Positions 1 to 7,615 of a stretch of DNA of 20,000 nucleotides are shown here, piece after piece. The notes under the pieces are model-generated. The model saw only the letters and a program-made list of their open reading frames with translations. It did no database searches and was not told the DNA's origin. Origin of the DNA: an uncultured virus (IMG/VR IMGVR_UViG_3300025626_000018) (Duplodnaviria > Heunggongvirae > Uroviricota > Caudoviricetes); IMG/VR virus record IMGVR_UViG_3300025626_000018, positions 52,944 through 72,943 of that record. The stretch is one strand, 5' to 3'. Numbering within the stretch: position 1 is the first letter of the stretch; the number at the start of each line of letters is the position of its first letter. A program made the position numbers and the translations under genes.

Positions 1-106
1 TAGATCAAACACTATAACTGCAAATAATAACTTTGCACCATCTGGTTATGCACTAGCTGCATAAACACAGGGAGCTGGCCACTTGCTTAGCAACAGAAAA
101 GTGGCA
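1..106 (+). ncRNA. ssrA: tmRNA, 3' part (tag-coding piece), likely two-piece/permuted alphaproteobacterial type; 5' part lies outside the window
   Basis: 20-64 reads GCA AAT AAT AAC TTT GCA CCA TCT GGT TAT GCA CTA GCT GCA TAA = ANNNFAPSGYALAA*, after an ATAACT resume context and with no ATG. A GCCACTT/AAGTGGC stem (78-84/99-105) encloses GCAACAGAA, as in alpha-type tmRNA coding pieces. Confidence 0.85.
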
Positions 107-151
107 TATTTAATATTTAAAATTTTTATAAAATCAGAAAGAATATACGAA

Positions 152-946
152 ATGCGTAATTTACTTATCACATCTGCACTTGTAACAGGATTTGCTGGTG
201 CAGCATATGCTGAAACTACAGTACTGCCATATGGCCCAACATTATCTGGTAAAGCTGTTTTAACATTTGCAGAAACCGCTGCAGATAAATGGGCCGCAAC
301 TCCAACATTCGATCTTGGTATTGATGTTGCTGGTATTTCAACTGTAAACCTTGACTTTTCTGCAACAGACGGAAATGGTGTTACTCTTGATAATTGGACA
401 ATTGGCACACAAGTAGCCGGTATCGATATTGCAATTGGCGATGACAATGGTGTAATGCCAGGTGCCGAAGGCGAGCAAACACTTACTGCTCCAGCAATGG
501 CTGAATCTGTACAAGTAAATATGGGTGCAATTTCTGCGGCTATCGGATTTACTGATATTGCTGCCGATATTACAGATATTAGCAATGTACAGGGCGCAAT
601 TGTACTCCCATCCGTAGCTGGAATTGAAATTACTGCCGCTGCTGATTATAACTTAAATACTGAAAATACTGTATTTGGCGCCGGTGTTACTGGTGTTGAT
701 CTTGGTGTTGCCGCAGTTGGCGGTGCAGTATCTTATGATGTAGACACTACAGCAATAGGTTATGAGCTTGTAGCAAAGCAATCTGTAATTACAACATATA
801 TTAATGGTGACGACACTGATATGCTACAAAATATTGGTGGCGAATTTGTATATGGTATTGCGGGCGCTGAGCTTACCACAGGCGCAAATTATAATTTAAA
901 TAGTGAAGATTTTTCTCCTTCAATTGAATTAAGCTTTGCATTCTAA
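152..946 (+). CDS. Outer-membrane porin-like beta-barrel protein (Rhodobacter-porin style)
   Basis: Signal peptide MRNLLITSALVTGFAGAAYA from ATG 152; acidic, Gly-rich amphipathic strands; C-terminal BAM-type signal IELSFAF ending in Phe. Confidence 0.75.
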   Translation: MRNLLITSALVTGFAGAAYAETTVLPYGPTLSGKAVLTFAETAADKWAATPTFDLGIDVAGISTVNLDFSATDGNGVTLDNWTIGTQVAGIDIAIGDDNGVMPGAEGEQTLTAPAMAESVQVNMGAISAAIGFTDIAADITDISNVQGAIVLPSVAGIEITAAADYNLNTENTVFGAGVTGVDLGVAAVGGAVSYDVDTTAIGYELVAKQSVITTYINGDDTDMLQNIGGEFVYGIAGAELTTGANYNLNSEDFSPSIELSFAF

Positions 947-968
947 ACTAACCAATTAATTGGAAATT

Positions 969-997
969 AAGAGGAGCTTTGGCTCCTCTTTTTTTTT
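969..997 (+). terminator. Rho-independent terminator
   Basis: AAGAGGAGC-TTTG-GCTCCTCTT followed by a T run, directly after the porin gene. Confidence 0.9.
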
Positions 998-1014
998 GTA
1001 TAATTTTTTATATG

Positions 1015-1022
1015 TATAAATA
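1015..1022 (+). promoter_or_regulatory. T4-type late promoter
   Basis: Perfect TATAAATA after a terminator and upstream of the 1080-5614 gene run. Confidence 0.8.
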
Positions 1023-1079
1023 ACAATATGAATGAAAATTAAAAATCGAATGCATATAATTATTAGAGGATTATTTCGT

Positions 1080-1661
1080 ATGATTAAAAAAATGTTTTTT
1101 ACATTAGTAGTATTGAGTTTATCGACTGCGGTATTTGCACAAGACACCACAGATACTGTTACAGATGATACAATATATACAGATAATACTAATAATAGCA
1201 CAGTAAAATCTGATAGCAATTCTAATGCTACAATTAAATCTCCGCCACCTTCCGCAATTTCTCCCTCTATTAATGGGAGTAATTCTGATTTATGTACAAT
1301 AGGTGTAGCTGGTGCTGTACAAACTCAGATATTGGGTATTTCGGCCGGTAAAACAGTCCGTGATATGAATTGTGAGAAATTAAAAAACGCTAAAACTTTG
1401 TATGATATGGGTATGAAAGTTGCGGCAGTATCAGTTATGTGTGAAGATAATCGTGTGTTTACTGCAATGATGAATGCTGGTACACCATGTCCATTTGACG
1501 GTTTGATTGGTTCAGAAGCAAAAGACGCGTGGAATTCGCCTGATAACAAGCATTTACGACCAGATTCTGATAAAAAAAGAAAGGTGATGTCTGATGACAC
1601 TAAGAGCACTCTTGGTGGCGTTGGTGTGGTGGGCGGTTTGCTCCTCTTACTCCTTCTCTGA
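1080..1661 (+). CDS. Secreted Cys-containing hypothetical protein with C-terminal hydrophobic anchor
   Basis: AGAGGA RBS before ATG 1080; signal peptide ending AVFA; Thr/Ser/Asn-rich linker; PPPSAISP motif; 4 Cys; C-terminus GGVGVVGGLLLLLLL. Confidence 0.75.
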   Translation: MIKKMFFTLVVLSLSTAVFAQDTTDTVTDDTIYTDNTNNSTVKSDSNSNATIKSPPPSAISPSINGSNSDLCTIGVAGAVQTQILGISAGKTVRDMNCEKLKNAKTLYDMGMKVAAVSVMCEDNRVFTAMMNAGTPCPFDGLIGSEAKDAWNSPDNKHLRPDSDKKRKVMSDDTKSTLGGVGVVGGLLLLLLL

Positions 1662-2493
1662 AACAATATACGGAACTACCAATAATGTAACGTCCAATGG
1701 ATTATCTTGGAATATGACTGGTATTTTACCAGATCATTCTGCTCCAAATATTTCTCTTCAAATTAATGGAGTGATATATCAATATACAATGAACAAAGAT
1801 CCGGACGCTGACGCCAAAGTACATATTCGAAATGAAAATTCTACTGGTGATGGATATATTTTCGAAAAAACAGATGATTGGTCTGGTGGAAATGGCGGAA
1901 ATATTCGAAAGTTATATACCTTTCCTGGCTCAAATGCAGAATTATGGGGTGATGGGTCTATGGAAATAGAAGGTGATGGATCTATTAGCAATTCAACATT
2001 AATTTATTCATATAAAATGGATATTGGTGAAAATGCTATTAGCTGTATAAGTCCATTAAATGATCCATCTTGTCCCGGTTTTTTAGATGCATTATATAAA
2101 TATTTACAAGATATGGGATTAACAGAACTATCAGAAGACGATCCATATTATACAACATGGTTAGAATCCCAGACTGAAGCTGAAATAAAAGAAGAAGAAG
2201 AAGATCCAGAAAAAGATCTGGAAGAAATGGAAAATGAAGAAATGCAAAGTCGAATGAGGGTCGAAGGAGCTAGTAATAGCCTTATTGACCAAACTCAACA
2301 AAATGCTGCTTTTGAAGCATTAGCAAATCTTCCGATACTTGAATCATATTATACTGTACTCATCCCAGGCGGCGAATACAAAGAAGACTTACAAATTAAA
2401 GATTCAGTATTACCTGATAATAATAGAGCAATGCGATCACTATCTACAGACACACAACATAATACAATGGTACGCTCGCAATACAATAGATAA
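1594..2493 (+). CDS. Secreted acidic hypothetical protein
   Basis: Signal-peptide-like N-terminus, beta-rich N-domain, CISPLNDPSCPG motif, Glu-rich linker. Confidence 0.7.
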   Translation: MTLRALLVALVWWAVCSSYSFSETIYGTTNNVTSNGLSWNMTGILPDHSAPNISLQINGVIYQYTMNKDPDADAKVHIRNENSTGDGYIFEKTDDWSGGNGGNIRKLYTFPGSNAELWGDGSMEIEGDGSISNSTLIYSYKMDIGENAISCISPLNDPSCPGFLDALYKYLQDMGLTELSEDDPYYTTWLESQTEAEIKEEEEDPEKDLEEMENEEMQSRMRVEGASNSLIDQTQQNAAFEALANLPILESYYTVLIPGGEYKEDLQIKDSVLPDNNRAMRSLSTDTQHNTMVRSQYNR

Positions 2494-2507
2494 CATAGGA
2501 GAAATAA

Positions 2508-3005
2508 ATGTTTAGATCTATTTCTATATTATTCACCATTGCTTTTGCTTCAACAGCAATTGCTGAGGACTTTCCCATTACAGGAAATGTCACATCAAAA
2601 TGCACAATATATTCAGATACTCCGGGTGTATATGGTAACCCTACCCCAAATAAACTAAGCACTGCTCCGGCTGACGGTGGGGTTTTACCAGTTATTCGGT
2701 TTGACGTAGCGATTGCTGATTCATATCTTGCAAAAATTTCTACACCAAATACTTTTTCAACCAGCCCTACTTTAACAGATGCTGTAAACTGGACGGGCGA
2801 AGTAACAGTTGGCACTATGTCAGAAACTACTATGTCCGGTTATGAAACAGCAAAAGTTATATATGATAATACAACCGAATATGATCTTACTATAGCTGGC
2901 TCAACATGGTTTAATGTATCATCAACTGTAACATATGGATTTGATAAATCATTTCCGGGTGGCGAATATAAGGCTTTAGTTAGCGCAGAATGTATAGCAA
3001 AATAA
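2508..3005 (+). CDS. Secreted fimbrial/pilin-subunit-like protein (Ig-like beta sandwich)
   Basis: AGGAGA RBS; signal peptide; ITGNVTSKC at the mature N-terminus and PGGEYKALV near the C-terminus, resembling chaperone-usher/Csu-type pilins; Thr/Ser-rich. Confidence 0.55.
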   Translation: MFRSISILFTIAFASTAIAEDFPITGNVTSKCTIYSDTPGVYGNPTPNKLSTAPADGGVLPVIRFDVAIADSYLAKISTPNTFSTSPTLTDAVNWTGEVTVGTMSETTMSGYETAKVIYDNTTEYDLTIAGSTWFNVSSTVTYGFDKSFPGGEYKALVSAECIAK

Positions 3006-3364
3006 TATTATTTTTAGTGTTGGTGTCTACTTCAGCTACGGCCCATGAATGGACACCAACCTATCCAACACTAAAGAGGTCATATATGGATGGCCTTCTT
3101 TATACTAAAATGCGGCTATTTAATAAAAGAAAAGAAATACAATATTATGCTATCTCTGCACATGATGAAGAATGGAATAGTATTCCATTTGCAGCTTCTA
3201 ATAAAATTATAAGTGTAAATTATCTTGCTTATAAAGAAATTGAAATTTATATACGAGAAATAGATAAACCACGAATAACATATATTTGTTCAACATCGAA
3301 ATTACTAAAAAAAGATGTTATAACAACCGGTGTCTCATCGCGAATATGTTCGAAAATAAAGTGA
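2990..3364 (+). CDS. Secreted protein, possibly PapD-N-like pilus chaperone domain
   Basis: Signal peptide ending SATA; TP near the N-terminus, then MRLFN, beta-rich pattern, 2 Cys; follows the pilin-like gene. Confidence 0.45.
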   Translation: MYSKIILFLVLVSTSATAHEWTPTYPTLKRSYMDGLLYTKMRLFNKRKEIQYYAISAHDEEWNSIPFAASNKIISVNYLAYKEIEIYIREIDKPRITYICSTSKLLKKDVITTGVSSRICSKIK

Positions 3365-3372
3365 GATGAAAT

Positions 3373-3786
3373 ATGAAAAAAGTTACATTATGTATATTAT
3401 TAATATTTTTATTGGGACAAAAAGCAATTGCTGAATCGAGCTCTTTAAATTTACAAATACCAAATGGTCCTGCTAGTTATCAATCTGATAAATTTAAAGC
3501 TGGTGAATTAGATTGTTCAAACGCAATTGGTTCTGCTACTAATTTAGAATTTGGTGTTACTGGATTTATTACTGAACCCGATAATCTATCTGATAGGGAT
3601 TATTATAATTCTGATAATACTGATATTGGTGTATATGCAAGAATAACAATACCACTTGGCAAAACCACTAAATCTCGGATTGATTGTAATCAATTATTCG
3701 AATTAGAATTAAAGCGTAAGCGGTTAGAAATAATGAAATTAGAACAAGAAGTAAGGCAATTGCGAGAATTACAATTTGAGGAATAA
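3373..3786 (+). CDS. Secreted hypothetical protein with beta-hairpin and C-terminal coiled coil
   Basis: Signal peptide ending AIA; two Cys flanking strands NLEFGVTG and IGVYARITIPLG; heptad-rich C-terminus. Confidence 0.7.
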   Translation: MKKVTLCILLIFLLGQKAIAESSSLNLQIPNGPASYQSDKFKAGELDCSNAIGSATNLEFGVTGFITEPDNLSDRDYYNSDNTDIGVYARITIPLGKTTKSRIDCNQLFELELKRKRLEIMKLEQEVRQLRELQFEE

Positions 3787-3791
3787 TTCTA

Positions 3792-3995
3792 TTGGATTAT
3801 AAACAAATGCGGGCCGAAGTAACAAGTTTACGATTACGTATTGCTGAGGCACGTAAAGCATTAGATATTAATACAATACCAAGAATTAAAATTGGGCAAG
3901 AAAAATCTTCTGTTGAAATAGAAAAAACAGATAAAAATGCCAAACTTAAAGAGTTGAGTGATATGAAGGCAAAATTAAAGGGATTTAAAAAATGA
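3792..3995 (+). CDS. Small basic hypothetical protein
   Basis: TTG start after GAGGA; fills the operon gap; overlaps the next start (ATGA). Confidence 0.55.
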   Translation: MDYKQMRAEVTSLRLRIAEARKALDINTIPRIKIGQEKSSVEIEKTDKNAKLKELSDMKAKLKGFKK

Positions 3996-4189
3996 TGTAT
4001 ATAAAAGATGTAATAGTATTAGTTATGGCAGTAGGTTTAATGGGTCTTTTAGGTCTTATTGTTGTTGATGAGTTTATGGTTGCTGCTGAACATAATGCAG
4101 AACTTGATCAAAATATTGTTGAGTTATTGCAAATGAGCATTACTGGCATAATTGGACTTGTGGCTGGTTATGTGGGTGCAAGTAAATAG
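3992..4189 (+). CDS. Small two-TM membrane protein
   Basis: Two hydrophobic segments separated by an acidic loop. Confidence 0.7.
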   Translation: MMYIKDVIVLVMAVGLMGLLGLIVVDEFMVAAEHNAELDQNIVELLQMSITGIIGLVAGYVGASK

Positions 4190-4201
4190 GAAAATTATAA
4201 T

Positions 4202-4546
4202 TTGATTTGTAATTATTTAATAGGATTGGCTGTATCTGCTCATTTAAATACAGGTATAGAATTTAATGAAATACACCCGCATGGAAGATTAGAATGTGGA
4301 AATTATATATCTGGGATATATTTAAATAGTTTTGAAATTCCCAGCATATATGCAGGATTTGAACATACATTATATAAAGATTTAAATATAGAATATGGTA
4401 TTGTAAACGGATATTATGGATTAACAGAAAAGGGTATAATTCCTTTTTTAAAATTCAATTATGGATATTATTTTGTGACTCCGACTCTGAATGAAGATAA
4501 CGATATTGCACTTACACTCGGAATAGAATATTTTTTAGGGGAATAA
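4202..4546 (+). CDS. Small outer-membrane beta-barrel-like protein (PagP-like pattern)
   Basis: SAH..FNE, GIYLNSF..SIYAG and GIVNGY motifs; C-terminal LTLGIEYF strand. Confidence 0.45.
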   Translation: MICNYLIGLAVSAHLNTGIEFNEIHPHGRLECGNYISGIYLNSFEIPSIYAGFEHTLYKDLNIEYGIVNGYYGLTEKGIIPFLKFNYGYYFVTPTLNEDNDIALTLGIEYFLGE

Positions 4547-4547
4547 C

Positions 4548-5243
4548 ATGGCAGAAGTTGAATTTGCAGGAATGACATTTAAAGGTGGCAAAATGTTTGC
4601 TATTCTTACCGCGTTATCAACGCTTGGCGGCGCAGCGTGGGCGGGATTTGAATTTTATTCCGATTATATGGATATGAAAGAAATTGTTCAGAATATTGAT
4701 ATTGATGCAATTAGCTCTGCTAATGAACTACAACTCCAAAAACTAGAAGATGCTATTGGCTATACTACTGTTATTAAAGACGATTTAAAAGCAGATATTA
4801 CTAGGCTTGAGAATTTAATCGATACACTTGAAGATAATGTTATTACTGCAGAAAATGCTGTAAGGGAAGTTCGCAGCGATGTTCTTGCAAAATTAGATAC
4901 ATTTGAAGAACGTTTACGAATAACATTAAAAGATAATCAAGATACGATAGCTAATGTGCGGGATAAAATTAGTACAAATCTCGAGATTAGCGAAGCAAGA
5001 ATTAAGGCAACACAAAATAGTATTGGCGACACGCTTGAAGGAATTCGAAATGAAATGAACCAACTACAAAAAGATACTACAGCTAGTATCCGTGAAGTTG
5101 AAGGTACAACAAGAGCATCAGAAAAAGATACTCGTGATTTTATGAAAACTATTGTTGCTGAAATAGAAGCCAAAATGAATAAATTAGATGATGATATTAG
5201 ACAGCGGATTCAAGAGGCTTTTGATAATCCACTTTCAGACTAA
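4548..5243 (+). CDS. Membrane-anchored coiled-coil protein
   Basis: N-terminal hydrophobic helix (MFAILTALSTLGGAAWAGF) followed by about 190 aa of heptad-rich helix. Confidence 0.75.
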   Translation: MAEVEFAGMTFKGGKMFAILTALSTLGGAAWAGFEFYSDYMDMKEIVQNIDIDAISSANELQLQKLEDAIGYTTVIKDDLKADITRLENLIDTLEDNVITAENAVREVRSDVLAKLDTFEERLRITLKDNQDTIANVRDKISTNLEISEARIKATQNSIGDTLEGIRNEMNQLQKDTTASIREVEGTTRASEKDTRDFMKTIVAEIEAKMNKLDDDIRQRIQEAFDNPLSD

Positions 5244-5260
5244 AATCATAGGAGAAAAAT

Positions 5261-5614
5261 ATGGCTGATACAATAGCTGATACAACGGCTAATACAAAAA
5301 CAATTGATGCATCTGCAGTAACAGGTGTTGATATAAATGGCGATGGGCACATTTCTGCTGATGAAATGGAAATGCACCTTGAATTTAAGCGTAAAGCGTT
5401 AGAAGATCAAGATGCACAAAGAGATGCTATGCGGAAAATGACATGGTTTGCTTTAATGGGTATGCTATTATATCCATTTGCAATTATATTGACTTCATTA
5501 TTAGGACTAGACACTGCTGCTAAAATTGTTGGCGATATTGCACCAACATATTTTGTTGCTATTGCAGCATTGGTTTCAGCATTTTTTGGTGCTGATGCTT
5601 TGAAAAAGAAATAA
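5261..5614 (+). CDS. EF-hand-containing two-TM membrane protein (holin-like topology)
   Basis: DINGDGHISADE is a canonical EF-hand loop; two TM helices; basic C-terminus KKK; AGGAGA RBS. Confidence 0.7.
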   Translation: MADTIADTTANTKTIDASAVTGVDINGDGHISADEMEMHLEFKRKALEDQDAQRDAMRKMTWFALMGMLLYPFAIILTSLLGLDTAAKIVGDIAPTYFVAIAALVSAFFGADALKKK

Positions 5615-5616
5615 AA

Positions 5617-6384
5617 TTATTTGATATTTTCAAATGGGTTTAATTTACTAGTGCCGGGCTTTAAGGAATACTTACTGCTCGGCATTTTAGTAATTTTAAC
5701 CTCGGGCTGCACCTCATAATACTTTGACCGCATACCAATGCGCATTTTGAATGGGCCAGTGCCAGAGAGTAATGGAACATCATTAGGAACGCCCATTGGA
5801 TTTGCAGAACCAATTCTATAGAAATCATCGCCGGCTTGCATATAATATGCTGGCTCGGATTTCCCTTTAAGATAATGCTGAGTAATTAACTCGCCCAAAT
5901 CTACTTCAGGTTTATTTAAAATATATTGTTTTTTACCTTTTAAATATGCAATCATTACATCACGTGGAACGGATTTTGGATCACTCAATCCAGAAATTAA
6001 TGTGGGTACTTTCATACCCTTTATTCCAGAAAACTTTTCAAGATCTTTTAACCATGCTTGAGTATCTTTATCGTTATTTAAGGTTTTAGTAATATATGCT
6101 TTAAGAGGAGATAATTTACCCTTACTAGGGCCTTTTTTATCAATTGCGGCAATCCATTTTTTACCGTCAAAACTAGCGCGAGTATTGCCAAGTTGGTCAG
6201 AGTGATTCATTTTAACTTCTAACCATATGCGATCGCCTTTATATTTAATAAGAATATCTGAATATGTTGGATCAACGGCTGGACGAGATGCGTCTAAACC
6301 CATATTGGCAATGTGTTTAGCCATATCATTTTCATACTTATCTGATTTAGCGCTTTCGCTTATAAATGATTTAAAAGTATACAT
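5617..6384 (-). CDS. PD-(D/E)xK nuclease-like protein with capsid-targeting-like N-terminus
   Basis: KYE...SDILI..IWLEVK catalytic-type pattern; N-terminus MYTFKSFISE resembles the T4 capsid targeting sequence MKTYQEFIAE. Confidence 0.6.
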   Translation of the reverse strand: MYTFKSFISESAKSDKYENDMAKHIANMGLDASRPAVDPTYSDILIKYKGDRIWLEVKMNHSDQLGNTRASFDGKKWIAAIDKKGPSKGKLSPLKAYITKTLNNDKDTQAWLKDLEKFSGIKGMKVPTLISGLSDPKSVPRDVMIAYLKGKKQYILNKPEVDLGELITQHYLKGKSEPAYYMQAGDDFYRIGSANPMGVPNDVPLLSGTGPFKMRIGMRSKYYEVQPEVKITKMPSSKYSLKPGTSKLNPFENIK

Positions 6385-6412
6385 TAGATTCTCATTAATT
6401 GCTTATATAGTT

Positions 6413-6928
6413 TTATTTATAATTAGAATATCTTCGCATTCCAATTAATTTTTTTGATGAATATGGGGCAATACTAACTTTATTATTTTGATTACCGCCC
6501 AAAAGTAAATAATATTTTTGCCCTCGAGAATGCCGAATTCCCATAAAAAATCCAACATGACCTTGCCATTTTGCGCCGGGGCGCTCTATTATTATAATAT
6601 CGCCATACCGCAATTCTTCTTCAAGAATTATTTCTCCGTAATTTAAAAATTCTTGTGCTAATAACGGTCGTTTAGAATTAAAATCGTGTAGGTTTGATAT
6701 ATTATTTCTAGCTAAAACCGCATTGATAAATGCTGCGCACCACTCAGTTGTAACCGGGTCAACATTTAAAAATCTTTTTAATTGAACCCGATCTATATTT
6801 TCATTAAGACCAACATAATAAATCGCTTCAGTAAGATTTATAGTATGTTTTGGCTGTTGCCCCAATGTATTAAATATGGAACAGCCAGTACTGAATAAGA
6901 AAATTATAATAAAAAATATATGCTTCAT
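6413..6928 (-). CDS. TIGR02594-like (NlpC/P60/CHAP-clan) peptidoglycan peptidase, lipoprotein
   Basis: EWCAAFINAVL, GHVGFF and LGGNQNNKV motifs; lipobox FSTGC after a hydrophobic leader when started at 6928. Confidence 0.8.
   Translation of the reverse strand: MKHIFFIIIFLFSTGCSIFNTLGQQPKHTINLTEAIYYVGLNENIDRVQLKRFLNVDPVTTEWCAAFINAVLARNNISNLHDFNSKRPLLAQEFLNYGEIILEEELRYGDIIIIERPGAKWQGHVGFFMGIRHSRGQKYYLLLGGNQNNKVSIAPYSSKKLIGMRRYSNYK
6414..6421 (-). promoter_or_regulatory. T4-type late promoter
   Basis: TATTTATA on + (TATAAATA on -), 30 nt upstream of the ATG at 6384. Confidence 0.75.
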
Positions 6929-6933
6929 AAAAA

Positions 6934-6941
6934 TATTTATA
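6934..6941 (-). promoter_or_regulatory. T4-type late promoter
   Basis: TATAAATA on the minus strand with 5 nt between it and the ATG at 6928. Confidence 0.65.
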
Positions 6942-6975
6942 TATAAAATATAGGCTAATAAAATGGAGAATATAA

Positions 6976-7173
6976 ATGCCAAAACCTAAAGGTGATATGA
7001 GTCAAAGAATTAAAAATGCTGGATTTTATAATAAACAACAAGCAAAGTCCACAGAAGCCGGAACAGGCAAATTTAGTGCAATTAAAGCAGCAAAAGCAAA
7101 TCCGCTCGAGGAAATGAAAGAAGCTCTTGCAAAACGAAAAGCACTTAAGAAAAAAACAGCTATAAAAAAATAA
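6976..7173 (+). CDS. Small Lys/Ala-rich hypothetical protein
   Basis: GGAGA RBS; 65 aa, highly basic. Confidence 0.65.
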   Translation: MPKPKGDMSQRIKNAGFYNKQQAKSTEAGTGKFSAIKAAKANPLEEMKEALAKRKALKKKTAIKK

Positions 7174-7193
7174 CATAAATTTAAAATTAGCCG

Positions 7194-7221
7194 TTTACTT
7201 TCCGTCAAAATATGATATAAT
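7194..7221 (+). promoter_or_regulatory. sigma70-like early/middle promoter
   Basis: TTTACT-16 nt-TATAAT upstream of ORF 7257. Confidence 0.55.
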
Positions 7222-7256
7222 AATAGAGTAATCTTTATTAAAGGGGAAGGTATACT

Positions 7257-7610
7257 ATGTCAGGTATGCATTTAATTCGCGGAATGTCTAGTAATAATTT
7301 TAAAAAAAGAAAACAAAAAAAATCGCCTGGTTGGCAGAAAGCTCAATTAGAACATGAAGCTTTTTTAAAAAAGATGGGTATAAAGGGCGATGATGGTCTT
7401 AAAGATCACCGTTATGAAATACCCGATTATAAAAGCACTTCTATGATAAAAACGTCAGATACAATCTGTAGTAATGGACTTAAAAAAGACACTGTTCAAT
7501 ATACTGGTAATGAAATTGCTGGTATTGTTGTAACTCATAAATCAAATCTTATGCCTATTCGCAAAGATAATATGCAAGCCGCAAAAGATGCGGCTCAAAT
7601 GAGGCGATAA
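7257..7610 (+). CDS. Conserved T4-like phage hypothetical protein
   Basis: YTG..IAGI..THKSNLMPI C-terminal motif recalled from T4-like phage hypotheticals. Confidence 0.7.
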   Translation: MSGMHLIRGMSSNNFKKRKQKKSPGWQKAQLEHEAFLKKMGIKGDDGLKDHRYEIPDYKSTSMIKTSDTICSNGLKKDTVQYTGNEIAGIVVTHKSNLMPIRKDNMQAAKDAAQMRR

Positions 7611-7615
7611 TATAA

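Noticed and set aside
83..151. Upstream extensions of ORFs given by the track (starts 83, 1032, 6982, 8712, 11614)
   Set aside because: Downstream ATGs (152, 1080, 6928, 8724, 11689) fit signal peptides, RBS or promoter positions better.
46..585. 179-aa minus-strand ORF and other antisense ORFs (956, 1325, 1779, 2444, 4937, 8075, 10318, 10572, 11153, 15192, 16280, 16927)
   Set aside because: Shadows of well-supported plus-strand genes, with no RBS or recognisable motifs.
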